NCBI GenBank assembly: GCA_038199905.1
Contig: JBBPYM010000183.1
Coordinates: forward strand, 1-48,104
Direction: 5' to 3'
Origin: Chitinophagales bacterium
GTDB lineage: Bacteria > Bacteroidota > Bacteroidia > Chitinophagales > Chitinophagaceae
Length of the DNA: 48,104 nucleotides
The translations under genes were made by a program, and so were the position numbers. Every line of letters starts with the position of its first letter. Position 1 is the first letter of the stretch. The notes under the pieces are model-generated. The model did not search any database and had not been told where the DNA came from. It saw nothing but the letters and a program-made list of their open reading frames with translations. Positions 37,180-47,041 of this stretch are shown here, piece after piece.

Positions 37180-37533
37180 TTAAGCCTCCAGTTTTTCTTT
37201 TCCTGTACTAACACCACTTCTTCTTTTTGCATTGTACTCGACGGCGTATTTATCGAGTGCAGTTACCATGTGACGCATAACGTTGTCGTCACGCAGAAGC
37301 TGAATTTTCAGCTTCTCATTGAAGTCGGATGGCGCAGTAAATTCGAATACCCAATAAAGACCAGTGGTCTTCTTGGCTATCGGATACGCCAGTGATTTTA
37401 ATCCCCAAGGATTCGTGTGCAGTACCTCGCCAGTGTTATCAGTAACAAGGTCGATGTATTTCTTCTGAGCGGTTTTGTATTCCTCCTCAGAAAGCACAGG
37501 GGTAAAAATCACCATCAATTCGTAGTTGTTCAT
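37180..37533 (-). CDS. rpsF: 30S ribosomal protein S6
   Basis: 117 aa. MNNYELMVIFTP... is the canonical S6 N-terminus. First gene of the S6-S18-L9 operon. Confidence 0.95.
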   Translation of the reverse strand: MNNYELMVIFTPVLSEEEYKTAQKKYIDLVTDNTGEVLHTNPWGLKSLAYPIAKKTTGLYWVFEFTAPSDFNEKLKIQLLRDDNVMRHMVTALDKYAVEYNAKRRSGVSTGKEKLEA

Positions 37534-37619
37534 TTCCCTGTTTTTGTTTTTAAAAAATAATGATCCCCTTTTTACCAGCTCTAACAGTTTGAAACTGCTT
37601 AAACCCGGCTAAGGGGCTG

Positions 37620-37649
37620 CAAAGGTATGCTTTTCACAATAAAAGACAA
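37620..37649 (-). promoter_or_regulatory. Candidate promoter TTG-N19-TACCTTTG of the rpsF operon
   Basis: On the minus strand, TTG is the complement of 37647-37649 and TACCTTTG is the complement of 37620-37627, with exactly 19 nt between them. This leaves a leader of ~75-80 nt. Confidence 0.45.
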
Positions 37650-37962
37650 TGATGAATTTCCTGGCAATTAAAGCAAAACAAATGCTGTGGAATATCGGAA
37701 TTCGGCGATTGTCAGCATATCGGATTATCCCAAAGCTAATTAAGGGATTCTTTGCCATTAGTTATCCACTATCATCCGATTTCATCGCTTTATAGCTATT
37801 TTACGGTCTTATTAGTTTGCAATCTCATAGGTTCACTCGTGCGGGATTTACCGCTATCGTGGGTTCTAATATCCCTTTAAATTCTTTTTTTGAATCTACT
37901 GGCCTGGCTAAAAGCCTGCTTCGAGACCCTTCCATATCATTTCTGACATTCAAATAATTTAA

Positions 37963-40900
37963 ATGAAGACCTCTTTACGCAAGATTTTCACAGTTGCTGT
38001 ATTGTTTTTACTCTCCGACTACGTTTCCGGACAGGCATTTTCAGCAACTTATCTATTTGGCAGCGCCGGTACCACCACCGGAAGAACCGACCCTACGCCA
38101 GCGCCTGTTATTCCAGGTGTTACCCTGGGGAGTTTTATTGCTGTTGCCCCTACCGGCAATCCCAATAACCTGGGTGCCAATCCAAATGCCGCGCAGCGTT
38201 TTAGCTTTCAAGGTTGGCCAACAGGAGCAACCAATGGATCAGATATTTTTACAGGCAGTATTAATACCGGTCAATATTACGAAGTTACGGTCGCTCCACA
38301 GCTAAACATGCAACTTACCCTGGACAGTATCAATTTTGCGTTGCAAAGATCAGGCAGCGGTGTCCGGCAATACGCTGTCCGATCCAGCGCAGACAATTAC
38401 GCAACAAACCTTCCTGCCTCGATTGCACTGACGTCGCCACCAGTGACAGCCCTGCAAGTTGTAGCAAATGACGTTTTCCAGGTTACCGATGCTACGACCA
38501 CTGCAGTTGATGGAAGTAAAATAACAATCTCAGGAATTATCAATGTTACCGGTCCGGTCACCTACAGGTTCTACGCCTGGAACGCTGAAGCTGCAGGGGG
38601 CACTTTTAGCATCGACAATGTCCGTTTTAGTGGGTCCGCTACGCTCATTCCAGGCTCCCCGGTCTTAACGCTAAGTACAGCGGCTGTAAATTTCCCTGCT
38701 ACAAATTTGAATAGTTCTGCTGCTTTAAGTTTTACAGTGCAGGGAGAAAATCTGTCCGTGCCCGTGGAACTTGTGGTTACTGCTCCATATGCTATTTCGG
38801 AAACTGAAAATGGCACTTATGACACGTCTCTTAGCATTGACGCCAATGATGTGTCCACTCCTAAACCTTTTTACATCAGGTTTACACCCACGGCCATTGG
38901 TCCTGCCAATGGTGCTGTAACTGTTAGTTCCGGATCTTCTGCACCCAGAACTATTACATTAACCGGGGAGGGGGTAGACCCGTTAAACCTTGTTTTCAAT
39001 TTTAATAATTGTACCTCTACCGGCGCCCCGGGATCTGGTTTTGTTTCTTACAGCGTTTCAGGTGCCCAAAAGTGGGCCTGTTCTGGTTTTGGTAACGGGT
39101 CGAACGGAGTTGACGTGAATGGTTTTTCAGCCGCCGCCCTCGATAATGAGGACTGGCTGATATCACCAGCGCTACACGTGAGTGCACTCAACCTACCCGT
39201 TCTCAGTTTCTACAGCAGGGGCGAGTTTGCAGGCCCATCATTGCACTTACTCATTTCAACCGATTACGACGGTACTGGTAACCCGGTAGATTTCACCTGG
39301 ACCGATCTCCAGGCTAATTTTCCACCCCTTACAAATGTTTGGACCTTTACTGATGGCATAAACCTTACCGCATTCAAATCTTTCCCCGAAGTTTACGTGG
39401 CTTTTAAATACACCTCTTCCGCTGAACTTGGTGCAGCAAGGTGGACGATCGATAATGTTAGCGTAAACGACAGAACGAAACTTCTATCAATTAACCCGGC
39501 ATCGTTGAGCTTCAACGAAATTTCTGCTGGTAATAACTCCTCTGGTCAACCGGTTTCGCTGCAATCAGTTGGCTATGGCGACTTAAATATCACTGCTCCT
39601 GCCGGCTATCTTTTATCGCTGGATAATGCCGCATTTGCACCTTCTGTCCAGATTAACTCAGCAACAGCAGAAGCGGGTGCAACAATTTATGCAAGGTTCT
39701 CACCGCCTTCAAAGGCCCTGAAATTTGAAGGAAAACTTAACTTCAGCGGTACCGGGATCGATTCCAATTTCATCACACTTACGGGGTCCTCTTTCCCGAG
39801 GTCCGAAACATTCGATGTAGGTGCTTACAACCTCAGTTTCTTTGGTTCTAATGCCACCAATAAGCCAACTCCTCAAAAGATTACCACCCAAATAACTAAT
39901 ATTTCTACTGTTATTCAGCGACTAAACCTTGACGTAATTGGATTTGAAGAATTATCAAGCGACAGCGCGCTCGGCGTACTTATATCCACATTGCCAAACT
40001 ACGCTTCCATAACATCAAACAGGTGGTCGTATTCTTTTGAACCTCCTGATCCCGATTTTCCGGCACAAAAAGTTGGGTTTATCTACAATGCAGCTACCAT
40101 GGAACTGGTAGACAGTCGCGTAATGTTTGTGGGGCTGTTCGATTCTGTAAGGAATGGCACTTCCACTGCCCTCAATGCCTACCCAACCGGCACAGCTTCC
40201 AGCTTTTGGGCTTCGGGAAGACTACCATTCATGGCAACTTTCCGTACCACAATTGGGGGGGTAACCAAGCTGATAAGGTTGATTGACATTCATGCGAAGT
40301 CGGCCTCCGACGCGGCGAGTTATAACAGGCGTGCTTTTGATATCAAAGTGCTGAAGGATTCACTGGATGCTTATTACAAAAATGACAACATAGTACTGGT
40401 CGGGGATTACAATGATCGGGTTATTGGCTCAATTAACGTAGGTGCACAGTCTCCTTACAAGATATTTGTGGACGACAATGGTGGCTATTCCGCCCTGACA
40501 CTACCATTGGATCAGGCCGGCAGAGTGAGCTTCATAAGCGGAACCGCGATGATCGACCATATCATTATTTCAAACGAACTCGCGGGTGATTATATCGCTT
40601 CTTCCGCCGATATCGAGGACCCTAGAACTTGCATATCCGGTTACAATGCCAATACTGGATCTGATCACCTCGCAGTTTACGCTCGTTTTATGTTGAATGA
40701 ACAAGTGCTTCCAGTAACAGTTACCAGATTCAACGCCCAAACAAAAGACAGGGTTGTAGTTGTTAGCTGGGCAACGTCTATGGAACTGAATAACAGGCGG
40801 TTTATAATTGAGCGTTCTGCAGATGGTAGAAATTTCATTCCTATTTCAACTGTTAAGGGCGCTGGTAACAGCAACAACACCGTAAATTACCAGCTAGTTG

Positions 40901-41256
40901 ATTCTCTTCCTCTGCCAGGCACGAGTTTTTACAGGTTGACCCAGGAAGATTATGATGGAAAGTTGACTTTGTCAGATGTTGTGTCAATAAACAGAACCAT
41001 ACCCTCTACTAATAAGCTCCTCATTTACCCCAACCCGGTAGGAACTAATATAACCTTTCATTTCACCTCCACCTCGACTGTTTTAGATGCCCAGGTTGTA
41101 ACCATCGACGGCATCGTATTATTACAGGCAACCGGAAACGTTGCGGAGATCAACCAGAAGGTGAATCAGCAGATTGGCAAATTAAAAGCGGGCACCTACA
41201 TCTTTAAGATTGGAAACGCTGATGGCCATCAGTCGGCTAGGTTTATAAAACAGTAA
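37963..41256 (+). CDS. Large T9SS-secreted multidomain protein with an endonuclease/exonuclease/phosphatase (EEP) domain
   Basis: 1097 aa with a signal peptide. The N-terminal ~600 aa are Ig/beta-sandwich-like segments. The EEP-like block (~39810-40690) has GAYNLSFFG, VIGFEEL, LVGDYND and GSDHLAVYARF. Next comes a V.V..F.A......V.VSW.T..E.N...F.IERS.DG..F module. The C-terminus LLIYPNPVGTNITFHF...GTYIFKI... is a Por/T9SS sorting domain. Confidence 0.8.
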   Translation: MKTSLRKIFTVAVLFLLSDYVSGQAFSATYLFGSAGTTTGRTDPTPAPVIPGVTLGSFIAVAPTGNPNNLGANPNAAQRFSFQGWPTGATNGSDIFTGSINTGQYYEVTVAPQLNMQLTLDSINFALQRSGSGVRQYAVRSSADNYATNLPASIALTSPPVTALQVVANDVFQVTDATTTAVDGSKITISGIINVTGPVTYRFYAWNAEAAGGTFSIDNVRFSGSATLIPGSPVLTLSTAAVNFPATNLNSSAALSFTVQGENLSVPVELVVTAPYAISETENGTYDTSLSIDANDVSTPKPFYIRFTPTAIGPANGAVTVSSGSSAPRTITLTGEGVDPLNLVFNFNNCTSTGAPGSGFVSYSVSGAQKWACSGFGNGSNGVDVNGFSAAALDNEDWLISPALHVSALNLPVLSFYSRGEFAGPSLHLLISTDYDGTGNPVDFTWTDLQANFPPLTNVWTFTDGINLTAFKSFPEVYVAFKYTSSAELGAARWTIDNVSVNDRTKLLSINPASLSFNEISAGNNSSGQPVSLQSVGYGDLNITAPAGYLLSLDNAAFAPSVQINSATAEAGATIYARFSPPSKALKFEGKLNFSGTGIDSNFITLTGSSFPRSETFDVGAYNLSFFGSNATNKPTPQKITTQITNISTVIQRLNLDVIGFEELSSDSALGVLISTLPNYASITSNRWSYSFEPPDPDFPAQKVGFIYNAATMELVDSRVMFVGLFDSVRNGTSTALNAYPTGTASSFWASGRLPFMATFRTTIGGVTKLIRLIDIHAKSASDAASYNRRAFDIKVLKDSLDAYYKNDNIVLVGDYNDRVIGSINVGAQSPYKIFVDDNGGYSALTLPLDQAGRVSFISGTAMIDHIIISNELAGDYIASSADIEDPRTCISGYNANTGSDHLAVYARFMLNEQVLPVTVTRFNAQTKDRVVVVSWATSMELNNRRFIIERSADGRNFIPISTVKGAGNSNNTVNYQLVDSLPLPGTSFYRLTQEDYDGKLTLSDVVSINRTIPSTNKLLIYPNPVGTNITFHFTSTSTVLDAQVVTIDGIVLLQATGNVAEINQKVNQQIGKLKAGTYIFKIGNADGHQSARFIKQ

Positions 41257-41463
41257 CAGTGTGACGGATTGCTGTAGAAATTAAAAGTTGCAGCAGCAGT
41301 CCATACTGCTTTTATGACCTGAACACGCTTGCAAATGCATTGCTGTTTATTTTTTTTGACCGTTTGACTGTCAATTTTTCCGTTATCAACCCGCACCGGT
41401 CGTCTGGCACCCGGTTTGTTCGGCAATGTTACGATCCAAATTGAATCATTAAATCTTATTATT

Positions 41464-43320
41464 ATGGCTACCGGTAATATCCGCGTTCAAACGGAGAACA
41501 TCTTTCCTATCATCAAAAAATTCCTCTACAGTGATCATGAAATTTTTATTAGAGAGTTGGTCAGCAATGCTGTGGACGCTACCCAGAAACTAAAAACGCT
41601 TTCTTCGATGGGAGAAGCCAAAGGAGAATTGGGCGATGTGAGTATTGAAGTAAAATTAGACAGTGAAAACAAGACCCTGACGATTTCTGACAAAGGAATC
41701 GGTATGACTGCTGAAGAAGTGGATAAGTACATCAACCAGGTTGCATTTAGTAGCGCGGAAGAGTTCCTGGACAAATTTAAAGGTCAGGGTGAAACTAATA
41801 TCATAGGTCATTTCGGCCTGGGTTTTTACAGCTCCTTCATGGTGAGTAATAAGGTTGAAATAAAAACTAAAAGTTACAAGGAAGATACAAAAGCTGTGAG
41901 ATGGGAATGCGACGGAAGTCCTGAATATACCTTGGAAGAAACTGAGAAAGAGCAGCGTGGTACAGACATCATAATGTATATTAACGAGGAAAGTAATGAG
42001 TTCCTGGAACCGGAAAGGATCAAAACCGTTCTTGAAAAATTTTGTAAGTTTTTACCCGTCCCTATCTTCATGGACGGAAAACAGATCAATAATACCAACC
42101 CGGCCTGGACTAAAAAACCTTCCGAATTAACGACAGAGGATTACCAGAATTTTTACAAAGAGTTATATCCTTTCGGCGAGCCGCCCTTGTTCTGGATTCA
42201 CCTTAATGTTGACTATCCGTTTAATCTGACAGGGATTCTATATTTTCCCAAGATTAAACAGAGCTATGAGATCCAAAAAGACAAGATCCAGCTCTACAGT
42301 AACCAGGTGTTTGTAACAGACGAGGTAAAGGATATTGTACCTGAGTTTCTTATGTTACTGCATGGCGTAATCGATTCACCAGACATCCCTCTGAATGTAA
42401 GTCGTAGTTACCTGCAGGGCGATCCAAATGTAAAAAAGATCAACGCTCATATTACCAGAAAGGTTGCTGACAAACTTGAAGAAATTTTCAACAAGGATCG
42501 CGCATCTTACGAAGATAAATGGGAGAGCCTCGGCTTGTTTGTGAAATATGGGATGATGACTGATGATAAGTTCCTCGAGAAAGCAAACAAGTTTTTCATA
42601 TTTGAGGAAGCGGTATCTGGCGGCGAACCTGCAAAGTTTTATACCCCGGAAGAATACAGGTCCGCTACCGAAGCCCAGCAAAAAAATAAGGAAGGCAAAC
42701 TGGTCATTTTGTACACTACTAACCCTGTACAACAGGATGCATACATCCAGGGAGCCATTAATAAGGGCTACAAGGTAGTCAAGGCGGAAACATTGGTAGA
42801 TTCGGCATTTATCAACCAGATGGAAAATAAGTGGGAAGATGTTCATTTCAGTCGTGTTGACGCTGATATCGCAGATAACCTTATTGACAAACAAGACCCT
42901 TCGGAAAGTGTTTTAAATAAAGAGGAAGAGGAAAGATTAAAAGAGCTGTTCGGTTTCCAGGTGCCCGCATTGAACGTAACGGTTGAAGTTAAGGGGCTTA
43001 GTCCGGAAACGCCACCGGTTATGGCTACCCGCCCTGAATTTATGCGCCGAATGAAAGATATGGCCTCCGTAAGCGGTCCTATGGGTAGTTTCTATGCAAA
43101 CATGCCAGACGAAGTAACGCTCACCATTAATGGTAACCACCCGATTTACCAGAAGATACTAACTGAAAATGAAAATGCTGTTCAACAAAAACAGGTGCGC
43201 AACCTGGCCGATCTTGCATTGTTGTCCCAGGGTTTATTGAAAGGAAATGACTTAACGGCGTTCATTAACCGAAGTGTTGAATTAATGACAGGGGAAAAAA
43301 ATGAAGCAGTTGTAGGGTGA
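41464..43320 (+). CDS. htpG: Molecular chaperone HtpG (Hsp90)
   Basis: Start taken at the internal Met MATGNIRVQTENIFPIIKKFLYSDHEIFIRELVSNAVDA. The GHKL ATPase motifs DKGIGMT and GHFGLGFYS are present. Confidence 0.95.
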   Translation: MATGNIRVQTENIFPIIKKFLYSDHEIFIRELVSNAVDATQKLKTLSSMGEAKGELGDVSIEVKLDSENKTLTISDKGIGMTAEEVDKYINQVAFSSAEEFLDKFKGQGETNIIGHFGLGFYSSFMVSNKVEIKTKSYKEDTKAVRWECDGSPEYTLEETEKEQRGTDIIMYINEESNEFLEPERIKTVLEKFCKFLPVPIFMDGKQINNTNPAWTKKPSELTTEDYQNFYKELYPFGEPPLFWIHLNVDYPFNLTGILYFPKIKQSYEIQKDKIQLYSNQVFVTDEVKDIVPEFLMLLHGVIDSPDIPLNVSRSYLQGDPNVKKINAHITRKVADKLEEIFNKDRASYEDKWESLGLFVKYGMMTDDKFLEKANKFFIFEEAVSGGEPAKFYTPEEYRSATEAQQKNKEGKLVILYTTNPVQQDAYIQGAINKGYKVVKAETLVDSAFINQMENKWEDVHFSRVDADIADNLIDKQDPSESVLNKEEEERLKELFGFQVPALNVTVEVKGLSPETPPVMATRPEFMRRMKDMASVSGPMGSFYANMPDEVTLTINGNHPIYQKILTENENAVQQKQVRNLADLALLSQGLLKGNDLTAFINRSVELMTGEKNEAVVG

Positions 43321-43383
43321 TGATTTATTAAAGACTTCAGGTTTTTGGCTTGTACAGTTAAAGGCCGGGGAACATAACAAGAA

Positions 43384-43415
43384 CCTGTGAGGTATTGAAC
43401 CTCACGGGTTTTTTT
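43384..43415 (+). terminator. Rho-independent terminator after htpG, overlapping the stop of the convergent methyltransferase gene
   Basis: Stem cctgtgagg (43384-92) / cctcacggg (43400-08) with one G-U pair, then ttttttt (43409-15). Confidence 0.65.
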
Positions 43416-44076
43416 CATATATAACCGCATCAACAAACTGCATTCTTTTTATATAAAGAACCTCTTTGAAGCCAGCAGCGGCGAACAGTTCCTTAAGCTG
43501 CGGGTTCATATATACTACAAAAAATTTCCTGGGGTGATCTTTAAGACTTTGAAGAATATTTTTAATCACTTTGTTCATAACAGGCTCCTTAAAAGGGTTA
43601 AAAAGGAAAATAACGTGATCATCCCGGGTAAATTTAAAATCAGAGACATCTGCGTGCACCACTTTCCATGCTGTTCTGGAAAACTTTTGTGTTATAATGC
43701 TACAGTTGAGTGTAGCATCAGCACAAAGCTTTTGTGCGAACTCTACGCCGGTGATATTGGTAAAGCCATAATGTGCCGCTACCACCATTACACGCCCCTT
43801 TCCTGAACCGAGGTCGATGATGTCTGGAGGCACACCCATCTCTGCCAATTTACTAAAAATTCGCTCTAGCAGATAATAGCCGGCTCCCTGGTAAATTTCT
43901 GCAAACTTTTTACTTTCTCCTGGTACGGTAAGATTTTGAAGATCGTCTAACTCTGCGGTGTTGATCTTATATTTTTTCTCTCCTCTTATTTCGTGGTAAA
44001 TCGAGAATGTCGCCAGCCTGATATTCCAGTTAAAGGCGATGTAAAAAAAATATTTGACATAATATAATGTTCTCAC
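43402..44076 (-). CDS. Class I SAM-dependent methyltransferase
   Basis: 224 aa. SAM motif I is IIDLGSGKGRVMVVAA. The GTG start overlaps the recJ stop (GTGA), suggesting translational coupling. Confidence 0.7.
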   Translation of the reverse strand: MRTLYYVKYFFYIAFNWNIRLATFSIYHEIRGEKKYKINTAELDDLQNLTVPGESKKFAEIYQGAGYYLLERIFSKLAEMGVPPDIIDLGSGKGRVMVVAAHYGFTNITGVEFAQKLCADATLNCSIITQKFSRTAWKVVHADVSDFKFTRDDHVIFLFNPFKEPVMNKVIKNILQSLKDHPRKFFVVYMNPQLKELFAAAGFKEVLYIKRMQFVDAVIYEKNP

Positions 44077-45779
44077 TGCTCGGTTGGTTGGAAGTCAATT
44101 ACTTTTAGCTGAAGATGTTTTTCATTTTTCCACTCGTTTTCATCGAGTGTGAAAACGATGTCTATCGGTTTTTTATCCTGGAGAAGAGAAAATTTATCAG
44201 CCAAATTAAAGCCAATGCCACCAAAAACTTTATCATCCTGCCTGATTGAAAACTTTATATGGTCATCCTTTACAATTTTCGACCAGCCGGTGTCAGTTAC
44301 GTTTTTTGCTATGAATACCGGGCGCAGGTTTAATGGGCCAAAAGGCTCCATCTGGCAGATAATTTTATAAAATGATGGTGTAAGGTCTTTTAAAATTACC
44401 TCAGCATCTATGACTATTTCAGGTATTAATAATTCTGGCAGGATGGTCGACGCCACCACTTCCTCGAATTTCGAAATAAAAGCCTCTACCTGTTCGGGCA
44501 ACAAAGTCATGCCAGCTGCTGCAAAATGTCCGCCATATGCCAACAGGTGGTCACCGCATGCATGAATCGCTTCGTAAAGATTAAAGCCATGTACGCTTCT
44601 TGCACTACCGGCTACCAGTTCGCCGCTTTGTGTTAATACAATGGTTGGCCGGTAATATTTTTCGATTAGTCTCGATGCTACTATTCCTACCACGCCTTTG
44701 TGCCAGTGAGGCCTGAAAACAACTGTAGACTTTCGGGATATCAGCACATCGTCTCCGGAAATTATCGCTAACGCTTCCTGCGTTATCCTCAGGTCCTCGG
44801 CTTTACGAGCTGAATTATCTGAGTGAAGCATTTCTGCAAGGGCCAGCGCCTTGGTAAAGTCCCTTTCGATAAACATCTGTACCGCCTTTCTGGCATCGTC
44901 CATCCGCCCCGCGGCATTTATTCTTGGAGCAATGGCGAAAACCACATTGGTAATCTGGAGGACTTTTTGCAGTCCGCTTAGTTGTATGAGCGCTTTAATA
45001 CCTTCACAGGGACTACTATTAATTTTTATCAAACCATGATAAGTTAGTATGCGGTTTTCACCAGTCATTGAAACGATATCAGCAGCAATGGCGGTCGCTA
45101 CAAGATCGAGATAATGGAACAGAATGTTTTTGTCTTTTCCCATCCTTTCAACAAGTGCAGTCATTAACTTAAATGCAACGCCACAGCCACATAGGTCTTT
45201 AAATGGGTAATTACAGTCTGCTTGTTTGGGATTCAGGATCGCTGATGCTGGGGGCAGTACTTTATCAGGCAGATGGTGGTCGCAGATAATAAAGTCTATT
45301 CCTGCTTGCTGTGCATAACTTACCAGGTCCACTGATTTTATGCCGCAGTCTACGGAAATGATAAGTGAGAAACTATTTCTTATGGCGAAATCGATCCCAG
45401 TTTTACTAATCCCATATCCTTCCTTGTAGCGATGAGGAATATAAAAATCAAGTTTTTCCTGGTCGTACATACCGTAGAGAAACTGCAAGAGTATTGCAAC
45501 GGCGGTAGTTCCATCAACATCATAGTCTCCAAGAATAAGTATTTTCTCCTTCCGGGAGAAGGCGCTAATAATTCGTTCTACTGCTTTCGCCATATCCTTC
45601 ATCAGCCATGGGTCATGCAGGTGCTCAAGTTCTGGGCGAAAAAAATCCCTTGCCTGTTGATAAGATTCTATTCCGCGGGATACCAGCATTTTACAGATCA
45701 CCGGGCTGATTTGCAGTTCATTTTGTAAAGCGGCTGCTTTGTTTTCGTCTGCTTCCAAAAAGCGCCATCTCTTCTTCAT
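44073..45779 (-). CDS. recJ: Single-stranded-DNA-specific exonuclease RecJ
   Basis: 568 aa. DHH motifs ILILGDYDVDGTT, DCG and ICDHH, plus the DHHA1 motif GGHFAAAG. Confidence 0.9.
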   Translation of the reverse strand: MKKRWRFLEADENKAAALQNELQISPVICKMLVSRGIESYQQARDFFRPELEHLHDPWLMKDMAKAVERIISAFSRKEKILILGDYDVDGTTAVAILLQFLYGMYDQEKLDFYIPHRYKEGYGISKTGIDFAIRNSFSLIISVDCGIKSVDLVSYAQQAGIDFIICDHHLPDKVLPPASAILNPKQADCNYPFKDLCGCGVAFKLMTALVERMGKDKNILFHYLDLVATAIAADIVSMTGENRILTYHGLIKINSSPCEGIKALIQLSGLQKVLQITNVVFAIAPRINAAGRMDDARKAVQMFIERDFTKALALAEMLHSDNSARKAEDLRITQEALAIISGDDVLISRKSTVVFRPHWHKGVVGIVASRLIEKYYRPTIVLTQSGELVAGSARSVHGFNLYEAIHACGDHLLAYGGHFAAAGMTLLPEQVEAFISKFEEVVASTILPELLIPEIVIDAEVILKDLTPSFYKIICQMEPFGPLNLRPVFIAKNVTDTGWSKIVKDDHIKFSIRQDDKVFGGIGFNLADKFSLLQDKKPIDIVFTLDENEWKNEKHLQLKVIDFQPTEQ

Positions 45780-45858
45780 AAACCTTCATCTCCTTTTATT
45801 ATTAGATCTGTTAGCAGATCCGGATTCAACCAGGATAGGTGAGTATCATCGTCAATGC

Positions 45859-46821
45859 TCAGTATTTCCTGTCCGTTGTAAAACGTACCAGTTCCTCCAG
45901 ACCCTGGCGCACCTGGTTGTCTGGAAATTCGTATAATATCCTTAACGCCTCGTCGCGATAATGCAACATTTTTTCCGTGGCATATCGGATACCCCCGGCT
46001 TTAACTACTTCCTGAATCACTTCCTTGACTTTTAGTTTATCCTTGTTCTCATTTTTGATTATGTAAATTAATTTCCTTTTGGTGGATGAACCAACGTGAT
46101 TTAACGTATAAATGAGTGGCAGCGTCATTTTTTTCTCCTGTATGTCGTTTCCGGTAGGCTTACCAATATCTTCATTACCATAATCAAAAAGATCATCTTT
46201 TATTTGAAATGCAATGCCTACGTTTTCGCCAAAGGCACGCAGTTTATCCGCAGCCTGTTCATCCTGGGTGGAGGAATATGCACCTGCGCCACAAGCAGAC
46301 GCAAGCAGCGAAGCAGTTTTATTTCTGATGATCTCAAAATATATATCTTCTTTTAAATTTAGTGACCTTGATTTTTCAATCTGCAATAATTCGCCTTCAC
46401 TCATCCGCCGTACCGCATCAGATAAAATCTGCAGGATTCTGAAATCACTGTTGTCGAGTGATAATAACAATCCTTTTGCAAGCAAATAATCGCCCACGAG
46501 AACCGATACTTTTGCTTTCCACAGTGCATATGTGGAGAAGAATCCCCTTCTTTCCATAGATTCATCCACAACATCATCATGTACAAGGGTTGCCGTATGT
46601 AATAATTCAACAAGAGAAGCCGCCCTGTATGTTGACTCGTTAATTGTTCCGCAAAGTTTAGCTGTTAACAGCACAAACATGGGTCTTAATTGCTTTCCCT
46701 TCCGTTTAACGATAAAACTCATTATCCTGTCTAACAATAGCACATTACTTCTTACGGATTCTCTGAACTTATTTTCAAAAATCTCTAACTCGTCTTTAAT
46801 TATTGATTGTGATATATTCAT
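45859..46821 (-). CDS. Polyprenyl diphosphate synthase (IspB-like, long-chain)
   Basis: Start taken at the internal Met MNISQSIIKDELE (~320 aa). The two aspartate-rich motifs are LVHDDVVDES and FQIKDDLFDY. Confidence 0.85.
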   Translation of the reverse strand: MNISQSIIKDELEIFENKFRESVRSNVLLLDRIMSFIVKRKGKQLRPMFVLLTAKLCGTINESTYRAASLVELLHTATLVHDDVVDESMERRGFFSTYALWKAKVSVLVGDYLLAKGLLLSLDNSDFRILQILSDAVRRMSEGELLQIEKSRSLNLKEDIYFEIIRNKTASLLASACGAGAYSSTQDEQAADKLRAFGENVGIAFQIKDDLFDYGNEDIGKPTGNDIQEKKMTLPLIYTLNHVGSSTKRKLIYIIKNENKDKLKVKEVIQEVVKAGGIRYATEKMLHYRDEALRILYEFPDNQVRQGLEELVRFTTDRKY

Positions 46822-47041
46822 TATGTGAATTAGAAAGCAAATTACACTTAGAAAGCAAAATATAAATGAATAAATATATTTGACAAGCAACAGATTGTAA
46901 ATATTTAGTGTCTTGGTATTGATTTTGATTAATTTATTATTCATCTTTGTGTTGAAATAAATTTGGTAGATAGCCACCAAATGATATTTTTGCACTTAAA
47001 TCCTTAACGGTTTTATTATTTCGTTTATACAAATTTTAATT

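Noticed and set aside
41293-41345. Possible terminator after the T9SS protein gene (agcagt..actgct hairpin, then a gcaa..ttgc hairpin plus a T-run)
   Set aside because: The stems are only 4-6 bp and the T-run is separated from the better stem. It is plausible but too weak to list as a feature.
42376-42894. 172-aa minus-strand ORF inside htpG
   Set aside because: It is antisense to a highly conserved Hsp90 coding frame.
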